A DNA stretch of 64,000 nt from Octopus sinensis (taxonomy: Eukaryota), in NCBI RefSeq assembly GCF_006345805.1, contig NC_043011.1, forward strand, positions 67,096,464 through 67,160,463, given 5' to 3'. A program made the translations under genes and the position numbers. Positions 27,165 through 39,880 of the stretch are shown in pieces; positions within the stretch are counted from its first letter, which is position 1, and the number at the start of each line of letters is the position of its first letter. The notes below the pieces were generated by a model. The model made no database searches. It saw only the letters and a program-made list of their open reading frames with translations, and was not told the origin of the DNA.

Positions 27165-28092
27165 TCATTTGTATGAGTAAAAAGTATGTTTCTGCCAGTG
27201 CTTACATTTATTGGATTTCTCTATGAGTGTGTTTACAAGGGGAACCTTAGAGAAGAGGATATGGAAGAGCTCAGAGTAGCAAATGTTACAAAATCTCCTG
27301 CCCTTATCAAAAGGAAAGGATACAGACAGTATGAACCAATCTAACTTGAAATCTATATTATTGTCTTTAAGACGCAAAACTAATTTACTTAGCCCTGTAC
27401 TATGTCGTTTTTTACTATCCCTGAATGTTGAATAATGGTTTTAAATTCTCTTGGATAACTGGGAAGAGGACGCTCCTATATAGAAGAAGACATCGGTACC
27501 AGAGGAGATTCTACACTGGTAAATGGAATTCTCAATCTTAGAATTACTAGACAAAAATTTAATTCTGTTGGGGTTGTCCTCCGAGATCGAAACGAAGTTT
27601 TTATTGCTATGATTGTTGTTACTATTATTAATGGTAATACAACCAGTAATACCACCAACAATAATACCGTTATTGTTATTACCATCAACATTATCATTGT
27701 TATTAACACGACTAATACTATTATTAATATTATCATTGTTAACACTATTGCTACTACCATTGCTATTACTATTAATACTATTCCTATTATTATGACTGTA
27801 TGATGGGTTGGAATTAGCAAGATTAATGTTGGAACTCCCGGGTGAAGAATCTTAATTTAGCAGCTTGGGGTTGTGAGAAGATATAAGTTGTGAAAGATTT
27901 CTAGTGTTAGAGAAAGCGATTCTAACTATGTGGGAATTGATAATAGAATAATATCTAGAATTTCTGGGAAAGTTCCTAGCAACGGCTTCACGGAACCGCA
28001 AGGGAAGGTTCGATTTAATTTGTTTTCCGAAAGGTATTACGAACCAGATACAGTTTTTAGTGGCTTTTGAATTGTACGTAGTGTTATTTGTG
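27165..28092 (-). pseudogene. PLE ORF C-terminal half: RT thumb, Asn-rich linker and GIY-YIG endonuclease
   Basis: IWFVIPFG...IAFSNTRNLSQLISSHNPKLL; NSIYQCRISSGTDVFFYIG...KRI*NH; LKDNNIDFKLDWFIL...CNICYSE...LVN...KCKH. Confidence 0.85.
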
Positions 28093-28097
28093 AAAGT

Positions 28098-29684
28098 AAC
28101 GCCTCCCTTAAGGATATCCCTATTCCACCGAAAAAAGCCTTCCATAAGGAACTTATTAACAAGACTAATGCATTTATCATCCGCATCAGATGGCTCACCT
28201 TCTTCCATGACAAAGAGGACCTAAAACGGACCAGTAACGACGTCTCCCATGAATATAAAAAAAAAACTATTTAAATCGAGGGGTACTCCTCCACCTAATC
28301 CTAGATTGAAGAAATTCGAAGATGACCTTTGGGACATCGTAAAGAATATTAAATTTCATAGATCACCCCTCAGGAATAAGCACCTCAGATAACTTAATAA
28401 CGTCTCTAGAGATATAAACAACTTATACTCAATCCTGGTCCAATCGGATAAAACCGGCAACATCTATAAGCTTACCAAAAGCCATTATTTGGAACTGCTC
28501 GAAAAGGAGATCCATAAAAATTACAAGACCACCAGTAGGAATACTCTCAGGCTGGCCAACTTAGAAGCTAAACATATTATGGAAACTTACGGATTACAGA
28601 TGAAGACAGAACCATTGAACCCTAGGCAACCCAGATTCATTTTATAGGACCACAAGCAGAACTTTCATACTAACCCAGCATTGCGGCTCATATGCCCTTC
28701 CAGTTCAGACATCGGTACCCTTAGTAAATACATATTAGATAAGTATATCCCTACATTAATTAATAAATTAAAACTTAGCTTATAGTCCAACTCTGTTCAA
28801 GTCGTAGATTGGTTTACTTTTATTACTAATAAGGCCAACACTAAATTTATTCAATTCGATATATCTAGTTTCTATTCTTCAATCAACCCAATTATACTTA
28901 ATAAGGCCCTATGGCACGCACACAATAAGGCAGGCCTCTCCAGGGAAGAAATTAATGTGATATTGACTGCTAGGAAATCTTTCATCCAGTTCGATAGCAA
29001 GTTGTGGGTCCGCAGTGATACTCCTAATGCGTTCGATGTACTAATGGGAAGTACAGACAGCGCCCAGATAACCGATTCGGTCGGAATTTATATTTTTTTA
29101 TAAAATAGCCGACCAATTCCCGGACATCTGTGGAGGTCTTTATCGGGACGATTTTCTGCTTTACCTCCAAAACGTTTCAAACCAAAAAATACAGAAGGTT
29201 ACGAATAGGTTAGTTAGGTTTTTTAGTAGAATGGGCTTGCGCATCGTTTTTGAAGATGAGTTAACTAAAGCCAACTTCTTAGACATTACCCTCAATTTAC
29301 AGAATAACTCATACTTCCCTTATCATAAACCTTCCACAAAACTTAAGTATATTAGCCTTTACAGTAATCATGCCAGGCCAGTTACCGATAATTTGGTGAA
29401 AAACATATCTTTGAGACTGTCTAAATTATCTGCCAATGTCGACATCTTGAACCAAAAGGCAGACTTCTATAACGCCGCCTTGTTAAAAGCCGGCTATAAG
29501 GAGAAAGTGTCATGCATCGATTCAGCTCATTCTAAACCAACATCTGCTTCTCCAGATAGAATGGTTACTTGTAATAGGAATAGTGGTTTTAATTCTAATA
29601 GTGCAAGCAACCCTATAGATAATATAAATTCTTTACGGACCAGGGGAGGTAAGCGCCGTTCAACCCCAAATTTCCAACCCAGAA
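28098..29684 (+). pseudogene. PLE ORF N-terminal region and reverse transcriptase (stops and frameshifts)
   Basis: SLKDIPIP...IRWLTFF; SDKTGNIYKL; DHKQNF..NP.LRLICPS.SDIG; FIQFDISSFYSSI; FDVLMGSTDSAQ; GLYRDDFL; NFLDITLNL...PYHKP...SNH. Confidence 0.9.
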
Positions 29685-29956
29685 ATTACGATAGGCATCG
29701 TGCTTTGAACAATTAGCTTAACGTGCACTCCACTTCAATAGCGAAATTCTTTCCTAAGCCTTTGAACATTCTTAATAAACATACCCTTCCCTTTCCACTG
29801 GTTCCCTACCTATCATTCCTTTAACCCTTCTCTTCTTACTATCTAACTTTGACGTCAATTCTACTAACGGTTTTTTTAAAAAACACTTATTATCGTTTTG
29901 TTTACCATGTATGCGGTCATCGAAATTTCTTTTTGTCTTGTTGCCGAGAGAGGCTC

Positions 29957-30049
29957 CCTTTCTTTCCTGATGAGAAGATTGCATCTTACACCCTTTATTC
30001 CTTTGGAATGAAACCATGTTGTCTTCCAAACATATGTCGAGAGTAAAGG
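29957..30049 (+). ncRNA. Hammerhead-like motif in pLTR with G12-to-C substitution (inverted twin at 26801-26893, minus)
   Basis: CCTTTCTTTC / CTGATGA / GAAGA...TCTTC / CAAAC-ATAT-GTC / GAGAG(T)AAAGG. Stems I-III fit, but GAAA reads CAAA in both copies. Confidence 0.55.
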
Positions 30050-30199
30050 AATTTTGTTAACATCTTCGTTCGACTCCATTCTTTCATTTATATATATATA
30101 TATAGCGATATAAGTGTGTATATATGAACAAATTTTAAGTTTCTGGATATATCAACGATGATTTGAAGAATTTCATTCGGAAAAATTTCCTCTCACAAA

Positions 30200-30990
30200 A
30201 ATTTCCTCTCACAAAATTCCCTCGATCTGGATGTCCAGGTTCTATCAGTATTGAAGAAAATCCAAAGCTATCTACCGTAGACGTAGCAAAATTCTTTGAT
30301 TCGAGTCACACTTCGACCATAGAGCACCTTCATATACTAGGAAAAGTGCCTGAATTTGGTCAGTGGGTCCCTCATTATTTACCTATGCAACTAAACAAGT
30401 AGTTGCTATCTGCTCATCGTTGATGGGTTGATTTGCCATTCCGGGATAGAATCGTCTCAATAGATAAAAATTAGGTTTGCTGTAAGTAATTATATCCAAT
30501 GAAAATGTCAATGCTCTGCACCAAATGAGAATAGAGAATACATCCCAAAACCATGGCTACAAACGAAATAAGTTACGATATTTGATTGGTGGGTTATAAA
30601 GGTTGTTATCTCTAAAGATAAACGGAAATGAAACGATGCAGATAAATATGGCCGTCGATTGGAAGTATTGCACAAACACTGGCACAAAATGTAGCCAACG
30701 TTGTTACAACAGACAGAAAGGAGTTTGCCTTGCATGGTAATGCACATTTAACTCAGGAAAAGATTGAATATGTTAATTTGCCTCACCTTCCTTCATTCCT
30801 AACCATGTGGCATCTGACTACCATTTCTTTAATTCGTTGCTACATACGTTGCAGGGTAAAGCTGTTTTTGAGTGTTTCTTTGCTTGGAAAGCCAAAGTGT
30901 TTTCCGTCTGAGAATTCGAGGCTTTGCAATAGAGAACGAACCAAGGTAAATGAAGGGAAATATTATCTGGATTTAAGATATCAATGAAGT
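30200..30990 (+). mobile_element. Highly decayed mariner transposase
   Basis: EENPKLST..VAK...EHLHILGKV.EFGQWVPH (WVPHEL motif); later HGNAH, LPHLPSF, SDYHFFNSL. Confidence 0.6.
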
Positions 30991-31599
30991 GCTTGTTTCT
31001 TTACCGATCATGAAAACTGACATGCATTCCTACCAACATAATAACTAAACATTTTCAATTTTGAGAAACAAAACAGAACATACATAATGTAACGTATATT
31101 AAGACTGGGAATAAATATTATGACTAAGAAAATCACCTCAAAGATTGCGAAATATAACAGGTAAAGATGCATTTCCATTTTTCATATTGTCGAAAACATA
31201 ACAAGACTTCAAACTATGTAATACAACCGTATTGGTACAAAGTTAATGTTCTTTTCCAATTCTACTTATTTTCTTTGTAGAATTCGATATTGTGGCAATT
31301 GAACCAGACTATTTGTGTGAAGTGTTTCTCTATTTGTTACTTTGCTTCTGCAAGTGTACTTGAGATGCAATCCTCTACAAACTGCTAGAACTAACTTTAA
31401 GCGTGTTCTTATTTAAAACGTGTTAGTTACAGGAAAAAAACTTTATTATTGATACATAAATCCTGTAATTTCACAGGAAATTACAGGATCTATGTATCAA
31501 TAGATACGCAGACACACACAAGTGTATACGCTCTTGTTCACACATTCAAATACATCTAAATATGTAAATATATATTTGTGTATGTATGTGTGTATATAT

Positions 31600-31790
31600 T
31601 TGTTTATATATATGTGTGTGGATTGCTAGCCACTACACATTCTTTATTTTATCTCCTTGCTTCTTTCTGGGTTCCTTTCTGTATAAGAGCGTAGGCTCGA
31701 AACGTTAAATTCTTTCACATCCCGAGCGTTATACTAATACACCTGTTTGTTGTCTACACCAATTGTCTTCGACTTTTGTTTTTGTTGAGA
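31600..31790 (+). mobile_element. Probable solo PLE pLTR remnant with degenerate HHR (31675-31710)
   Basis: CTTT / CTGTATAA / GAGC-gtag-GCTC / GAAAC-GTT / AAAT; between TA/TG tracts. Core is degenerate. Confidence 0.4.
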
Positions 31791-31811
31791 ATTCTCCCCT
31801 TTTTATATATG

Positions 31812-31847
<36 letters not shown>

Positions 31848-32083
31848 CGTGTGTGTGTGTATACGTGTATGTATGTATGTATGCATGCATGTATGTACGT
31901 ATGTATGTATATATATTATGCATATTTGTATATTAAAATAGCCGACACTTGCAAGCGTGTGTGATCTGGTACTTTTTACCACTTATTTGCCTCTTGTTTC
32001 TGTTGTGTATGCAGACGCAAGCATACGTAGATACCTTTTCAGATTTCCACACAAAAGCCAGCAACAATCCTACACGTGATAGC

Positions 32084-32215
<132 letters not shown>

Positions 32216-32564
32216 GGAAGTACTGCACCACGCTGTTGTCACTCATTTTCAGCGGAACTTAAAGGAGCAACCTGAATCATAAACAAATGTCTTGCATGGG
32301 TCAGTTATAGAAGACCTGTTTGTATGAACATGATTTGACACCACAGCCAGTGTGAAATGCAAATACAGACACGCGCCGATCCTCATGTCATACACATTTT
32401 GTATGACATCAAAAAACAAACAGTCTCCATCGACACTTAATTTCCTTGTAAAAGTTAATAGATACATGCTCTACGAAAATACGACTGAATTATCATTCAA
32501 TTTTATGTTGTAATAATATCACATATAAACAAATATTTATATCTTCATCTGTCTCTCTATCTTT

Positions 32565-32636
<72 letters not shown>

Positions 32637-32974
32637 TGAGCTATTGTTTAACCCGAATCTTTCATATTAGTCGTACTCACTTGAGCACTTTTCACAGATC
32701 CTCAATGCAAAACAATTCCTCAATTATAATCTAGAATTTAGTCAATTTAAATCTTTTCGCATTTCGTAGATTAAGGGATTATGGAATTTAATAAATCGCT
32801 TGGCAGATATCACTTCGAATGACATATAGTTCGAGGAAAGAGACACGTTTTCTTTTATATGGATGTTGGTAAGAAATGGAAATAAGAAAGTATCCCGAGA
32901 CCAGTGAAGTATGTTTAGAAAAGGAGATGATTTATAGGTGTCTAAGCTTCTGAATTTGAAAGTATCTCAGTTTG

Positions 32975-33011
<37 letters not shown>

Positions 33012-33929
33012 GGAGAGAGAGAAAGAGAGAGAGAGAGAGAGATAAGCAACAATATTAACATTTGAATCTTTGTATGTTTTCAGAGCAGGATTGGAATATT
33101 GTGCTTCATGCAGCTGCTAATCTTTTCTTAAGAACAGTATAGACCTTTTTCTTTAAATGAAGTTGGTTCCATTGCCAATTCAATAAATGTGTAAGCCAGC
33201 ATATTCAAAAACAATTCAAGCCATATTTTCACTTCTTAGCTACTTTCAAACAATTCGTTTTCATTTTGAAAATTTTGTTAAATATAAAACATTTCATGTG
33301 ACATACGATGTTGTGTGTTCGTCTGGACATTGCGTTTTGTTTAGGTAGAGTGGGACAGATGACTTTCGATCGGGCAGTGAAAGAATGTTTGTGTATGCAT
33401 GGTGCCAATAGAACAATAATTATACTTTAGATTCGTATATTTAATGGATCAGAAATTGCCTTGTGTAAAATTCCAGGGTCTTAATATCTGAAGTCAATTT
33501 AAGATGCAATACAATCAGCATCTTTAATTGGAATTCTATTATTGAATTTCTGCAAAATACCGACAGGAACCCTACGTACGACGCCAAAGCTTCGGACGAA
33601 TAATCAAATAAATTAGTCACTTTTATGACTCCCGCCGGTTAAATGCAAGGGAAGAGGAGGGCCTCCAGGTGTGAGGAATATCAGCTGAAAATCTTTGAAA
33701 TAACACAGTATTGTTTTAAATCTAGAACGGCACACTGCATCATGTCTACGTAGCCATAGTCCTCTACTCTCTCAAACATTATTATTATCATTGAATTGTA
33801 TACACTATGTTGTACTATTATATTTATCTCTAAACGTCAGCATAACAATCGACTTGCTTACGGCATTTTGCCGGCCTGCTCGCCATTCTACCAGCTCGCC
33901 GTCTTAAATAAATATAAATATTAACATGC

Positions 33930-34700
33930 CTTTACATGAATCAGAGTGTTATAAGGATGTTTCTTTTTAAATTAGTTCTGGAAGTGGCATGAGTTTTTCC
34001 ATGGACTATGAGAGAGACGAGTTGACATTCCTCTTGAGCAATCGGAACGTAGTAGTTATTCTATAAATTTTGTAGAGGTAGAACTGGAGAACGTGGGGCT
34101 ACGTTATTATGAATCTATTAATACTGAATTCAGAAACCGTTATTATAATTTAGTGCATGTTACTCACGAGTAGCAATATGTTATTATGCTATGCGAGGCG
34201 AAAATATCGGCAGAGCTCATTGAAGAAGGATTTCGTGGTCGTAATTCATAGAAATATTCAAATTTGGCTTTCGAGATTCCGTTTCCGTGTGGATAATACC
34301 TGGTTGTCAACAGAAGAAATGAAGATATATATCATCTGCATAGGTGTGGGTGATGTCAAAGGGGATCAACATTGTGAATTTAAGGCTGTCTGTTTTGGTT
34401 TTATGTTATATGTGGGGGAATACGTGGAAGACAATCTCTTCTTTTCACAACTACTTGTCTTTGTTTGGTTGGAGGAAGACTAAAAGCGATAGAAGAGATG
34501 GCGTGTAAAGAATTGACAGACACTTGACGAGTATGCCGACTTCGAATGACATATAGTTCGAGCAAAGAGACGCGTTTTGTTTTATATGGATGTTGGTAAG
34601 AAATGGAAATAAGAAAGTATCCCGAGACCAGTGAAGTACGTCTCGAAAAGGAGATGGTTTATAGGTGTCTAAGCTTCTTGACGAGAGAGACTTCAAGTGT
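33930..34700 (-). mobile_element. Ancient decayed LINE RT fragment; a second copy of its upstream part lies at about 32812-32950
   Basis: Minus strand HTYADDIY at 34331-34342 preceded by RQVVV; about 140-bp direct repeat 32812-32950 vs 34538-34678. Confidence 0.5.
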
Positions 34701-37700
34701 GCAGGGATGCGTGTCACGTGTGTGTGAGAATGCTAATCACTGCAAAAGACTCATATTACCTGTTGTAGGCCGAATGCCATTGGTAAGAGAATCGAGAGCG
34801 TGAGTGAAAGGAATTCACAAACATATAATACTCAGTGTGGGAAGAAATCAAAATGGCGTGATTGAAAAGCTATTGCCCCGACCGCACGACTATTTCTGCA
34901 CACTTGTTTTCCGAAAGTAAAGTAAAAAAAAATATTCTAAAGTAGATTTTTCTCTGAATAAACTAATTCAATTTACAGCCAATCGTTTCCATTTTGACTT
35001 CTCACAAAACCTAGAAACTTTCGTCGTATTACCTTTCAGCATTTTCTAAGTCAATTTCTGTTTCACTGCTTTACAATAACTACAGTATGTCTTGAAGCTA
35101 ACATAATAAATGTATTAATAGTAAATTTTATTTTGGTTTTATTTAGGAATGTATGTCACTTCTTTATATACTGTATTCTGTTGCAAATGAACACGAAACC
35201 AGATTAGAGTAGTGGAGAAATGAAAATGCATGTGAATAATCAAGTAAAATCTTGTATTCCGGAATCAGAAATTCCATTTTTTTCTGGGTTTTTTTTTTTA
35301 GTTTTTTTTATAACTTCCTATTGTTTGGTTACTTTTCTGCTGTGCAGTCATCAGAATTGAACTGAAGCTGTACTGAATCTGTTAGATTTAGACATTCTTC
35401 ATTACAAAGTTAGAACCATTTTATTGCATCGTTACTGAAATGCAGTTTAGCAATCCCCTTTAATAAAGCTGAGAGAGTAACGCTTATTGAAAAAAACAAT
35501 AAAATAAACATCAATTTTTATAACCTTGCAGATATTAGAGAAAATATTAGAGTAAAATTCTACGAGACGTTAGTGTTAACAAAAGCCTGTCAGTAGTAAC
35601 AACATTTACGTTGTAAAAAATAATAGGTAGAAAGATGAGGCAAGAGTCAGACAGCCTCCAGGAAAGAAAAAAGAATCATTTTAAATGATCACTTTTTCTT
35701 TTTTATTTACAGACCATTGATTACATGTGGACTAGTTGCACCACCTTACCTGTGGACTAGTTCACTTTCGCAAGGTGGGAGACACAGCGCACCAACCATC
35801 TACTGGTCCTAAACAATTAGAATTTGCGCATTTTTATCAGTACGTTTGTTTATTCCTGTAGCATAGAATAATTTCGGAGTGCTGAAACAAATGACCGTCA
35901 TTTATCTTTCACTCATTTCAGTCATTGGACTGCAGCCATGCTGAGGAAACTTGTTTGCTGAATTCCTTTTGCAGTAGGCTATTAAAATGATTTTATAAGG
36001 AGTTTGTGAAAGATCAGGGAATTGCCAACAACTTCACTTAGGTGAGCTAGACAACTTTAGCTCAGTTAATTCACTTCCCCAAGTCATTTGGGTTATCACA
36101 GAGGAGGATTGGTCCTTATCTGTCGGTAAATGCCAGACATAAATGGCGCAGTCTTTTGAGCAATTTCTCGATTTGCAGACAATACTTGTCTGTTGCGATG
36201 GTTACTCAAATATTTGAGAATTAACAATGAATGATGGTTCCACTTGCCGACAATCACAGTTTCATTGACCATAAACATTTTTCGATTTCACTTCAATTTC
36301 GAAACGTTACCAGCTTCTCACCTCTATTGACCCAGTGCATAAAGCCACCACTCGCAATATTCCACAATGCAATAAGGAAATTCATAAATTTTTGTCGTCC
36401 TAGGGAAGCAATCTTCGCTTTCATCGGTGCCAAATCCACCACAAATCCTTTCAGAATTACGTTTAAGAAATATGTTTACGGTTCCCTAGACAAATGCTTC
36501 GTTGGTATTGTTAGTTATTATTCCAGCAGTTAGCTGGGGTTTGCATTCTATTTTGAACTCACAATATACAATCCATTCCATTTGCTTTAATAAACATTGG
36601 TTGGGATAGAGATAAGAAATATTTCCAGATAGGTGGGTGGTTAAAACTGGAAAAAATAGGATGAAGACGAATGATTTGGTAAGGTGAAACCGAGAGGAAA
36701 ATACAAACAGAAACAAGACAAAATACACAAAAAAAAGAAATGATAGAAGGCAAACGAGGAATCGAATTACAAATGAAATATATGAAAATAGGGCTATAGA
36801 AAAAAGGTGCAGATAAATCAAGATGGGATTAAATTAAAATGACTAGAATAATAAGAAAACGGAATGATATTATTAGGAGGTAGGGTGTGGTAACGGATGA
36901 AGTTGGGAGAAGAATTACGCGAGGAGGAATTAAGGATTGAGAAACAGAAAGGTTTCATTGGGAGTAGAAGTGTATGAAAGGAATATGGCGATAGCGTGTG
37001 AGGGAGAAGGACTGAATACAATTCGGTGGGAAGTAAAATAGAGACGCAGATGTGCAAGAGTAGAGGATAAAAAGGGGAAAAGGAAGTAAATATACCAAAT
37101 TGATAATGCAATGAGGCTGTACACACTGAAGCGATTGATTAGTTACCACAATTGAAATTACTTTAAATAATTAAATAAATCGTATAAAACGGAAATAATT
37201 TAGTGGTGTTAAGAATAGTTGCAATAATGCTATTTAATTTGGAATATGTCAATATTGTTTGAAAAGAAATATAACGTGTTTATTAATGGGCGCAAGTAAC
37301 GATTTGGGAGCAGTAGAAAGAAGATTAGATGATGAGAGGGAGAGAAACTTATACGGAGATTAGCGAGTAAGCAGCCTTTGGTGAGGAATATGAGAAGGAT
37401 AATGAAAATCGGAGATGGGTCGACAATATATAAGGTCGGCCACTGAGTAAAGTATGTATTGTAAAAGTAGGAGAAAAGCTGTAAAAATATGGAAGAACAT
37501 TGCTTTAGAAAGATTAAAGAGGTATGAAATAGAAGACCAGGAAGCCGTCAAAATGAATATAAGAATCTAGAATTATGAAGAATACTTGAGAATAGTTATT
37601 AAGATTAATTAAGAAAATAAGGGGTTTTAGTTTAAGATACACGAGATAAAGCAATTAATTCCTGTAATTTCGATTAAAATGATAGAAAATCAAAATGGAA

Positions 37701-37884
37701 GGCAATGAAGTATATGTGTCTTCAGTCGTGTAGAGAGTGGATGGTCTTCAGTGTTTGGGTGGGGGACGATGAAGATTTGAAAGTTATATGAATTGTGGTC
37801 GTTAACGAAAATAGACGAGAAACAATGAAAGTCATTCACTGGAGAAAGTTCATATATAAATGTACGTATATATATATGTATATA

Positions 37885-39507
37885 CAGTAGTGGCCAAAAT
37901 GTTCAGAACGGCATTGTTTTCGTCAGAAAAGTAGATATAGGTTTTTATCAAAGTTGTTTTATATTCTATAATTTTCACAGACAATAAATAGGATATTAAT
38001 CGTTATCGATTGAGATTTTGGTGTAATTTGAGAGGATAATACAAATGTTATGGATGATTTAGTGATTTACTGCAAAACCCTTGGCGGCCATTTTGATCAG
38101 AACGGTTGCTTTTACTCCGTGTTTTAGTATATTTAACCGGTGAACTCTAATGTTTTGAATTTGTTTACGTGATGATTCATTTACTAAACATTAGTAAGAA
38201 TATCTGCAGTGTACTTTGTTAATATAATGCCACTTACCCCGTTACCAATTCGTCAGCAGATTATTAAGCTTCGAAGGAAGGATAATTTAAGTATTGGATC
38301 TATTGCAAAGATTGTTAACAAGTCAAAAAGTGTTGTACACTGTATTCGTAAGGTCTACGATAATTGTGGTTTGTGTAAAGCAAGAAAGTTTACAGGTAGG
38401 CCAAGAAAAACGACCAAGAGAGAAGATCGTGCTATGGTAAAGTTGGTTAAAAAGGACAGATTTAAAACTGTTGCTGCTGTTTCTCGGAAAATGAGCATTG
38501 TATTGAAGAAAACTTTATCTCGAAAAACTGTGTCTCGTCGTTTAGTTGAACATGACCTACAAGCAAGAGCACCTGCAGTAAAGCCACTGATCATCTCCAA
38601 GAATAAGAAGTGTCGTCTTACCTTTGCAACCGAACATGTGTTGTGGTCTCAAGAAAAATGGCAAACGGTGCATTTCCGTGATGAATCTTAGTTTATGTTA
38701 TATGGCTCAGATGGGAAAAGGTACGTTCGTCGAGAAGTAGGTGAAAAATTGTCGCCTAAATGCCTTAAGACGAGTGTTAAATTCGGTGGAGGTAGTGTCA
38801 TGGTTTGGGGGATAAAATCTGGAAATGGTGTGCGCCCTAGGGTGCGATTATATGGAAAGGTAAATGCCGGAGTTTATAAACAACTTGTAAAAGATCATGC
38901 CTTGCCTGTGCTGAGAAATTCAACTAAGCGATCACCCATATTCATGCAGGACAATGCCTCATGTCACAAGGCTAAGGTGGTCATGAACTTTCTCAAGGCT
39001 GAAAAGATTATTGTTATGGATTGGCCTGCTCGAAGCCCAGATCTTAATCCTATTGAAAATGTGTGGAATATTCTAGGAGAACGTTCGAACGCCAGAAATC
39101 CTAAAACAACCGAGCAATTATGGAGTGCCCTTCGGGAAGAATGGAATAAGATCACCCAGCAAGAAATTGAAAGTTTAATTTCCTCATGCAGTCGAAGATG
39201 TCAAAGTGTGATTGAAGCTAAAGGGCTTCACACTAAATATTAAATAATTCCAGTATTCTCCATCATTTTTGATTTTTTTTTTTAAACCGTTCTGATCCTT
39301 TTGGCCGCCATGGGTTTTGCAGTAAATCACTAAATCATCCATACCTTTTGTATTATCCTCTCACATTACACCTAAATATCAGACAATGATAATTAATATT
39401 GTATTTATTGTCTGTGAAAATTATAGAATATAAAACAACTTTGCTAAAAACTTATACCCACTTTTCTGACGAAAACAATGTCGTTCTGAACATTTTGGCC
39501 GCAACTG
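37885..39507 (+). mobile_element. Tc1-family DNA transposon, IR/DR type, with 223-bp TIRs (37885-38107, 39285-39507) and TA target duplication
   Basis: TA|CAGTAGTGGCCAAAATGTTCAGAACG ... CGTTCTGAACATTTTGGCCGCAACTG|TA; the TIRs align along their length. Confidence 0.95.
38227..39243 (+). pseudogene. DD34E Tc1 transposase, 338 codons, with one in-frame TAG at 38689-38691
   Basis: Paired-like HTH, GRPRKT, HFRDES*, GGGSVMVWG, FMQDNA, WPARSPDLNPIENVW with 34 residues between D and E. ORFs 38209-38691 and 38695-39243 are in the same frame. Confidence 0.93.
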
Positions 39508-39569
<62 letters not shown>

Positions 39570-39570
39570 T

Positions 39571-39773
39571 ATATAGAGGGAGCTTCTACAGGACTAGAAC
39601 TGTTTCATTCAAGAGAAATCTTCAGGAAGCTAGTTAACAAGAATTGTATTGGCATTTATACATTTAGGCAGGTTTTTTTTATGTATATGTGTATGTGTGG
39701 TCGTGTGTGTGTGTGCATATATACATGTGTGTGTGTATATGTATGTGCATGTATATGTGTATGTATATATAGA

Positions 39774-39806
<33 letters not shown>

Positions 39807-39833
39807 GTGTGTAGATATATGTATGTATATGTA

Positions 39834-39880
<47 letters not shown>

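Larger units (their letters stand above)
26600..30090. mobile_element. Rearranged Penelope-like element (Naiad-like) with inverted pLTRs at 26760-27165 and 29685-30090
   Basis: pLTRs give near-identical peptides on opposite strands in the ORF track. RT is on the plus strand; thumb, linker and GIY-YIG are on the minus strand. Confidence 0.85.

Noticed and set aside
28098-29684. Selenocysteine-recoding PLE (reported for some Naiad elements)
   Set aside because: The in-frame stops I found in the RT and GIY-YIG frames are TAA/TAG or frameshifts, not TGA at Cys positions.
33841-34350. Plus-strand coding-looking stretches (HNNRLAYGILP..., VELENVGLRYY...)
   Set aside because: They are the antisense of a SINE-like head (about 33830-33905) and of a decayed LINE RT, and they contain multiple stops.
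32812-34678. HHR-like AAACGCGTC in the 140-bp direct repeat
   Set aside because: No CTGANGA core or stem II. The repeat is better explained as decayed LINE RT sequence upstream of the YADD at 34331.
36000-37830. Possible decayed Tc1 and LINE remnants
   Set aside because: Only vague motif resemblance; boundaries and family cannot be supported by eye.
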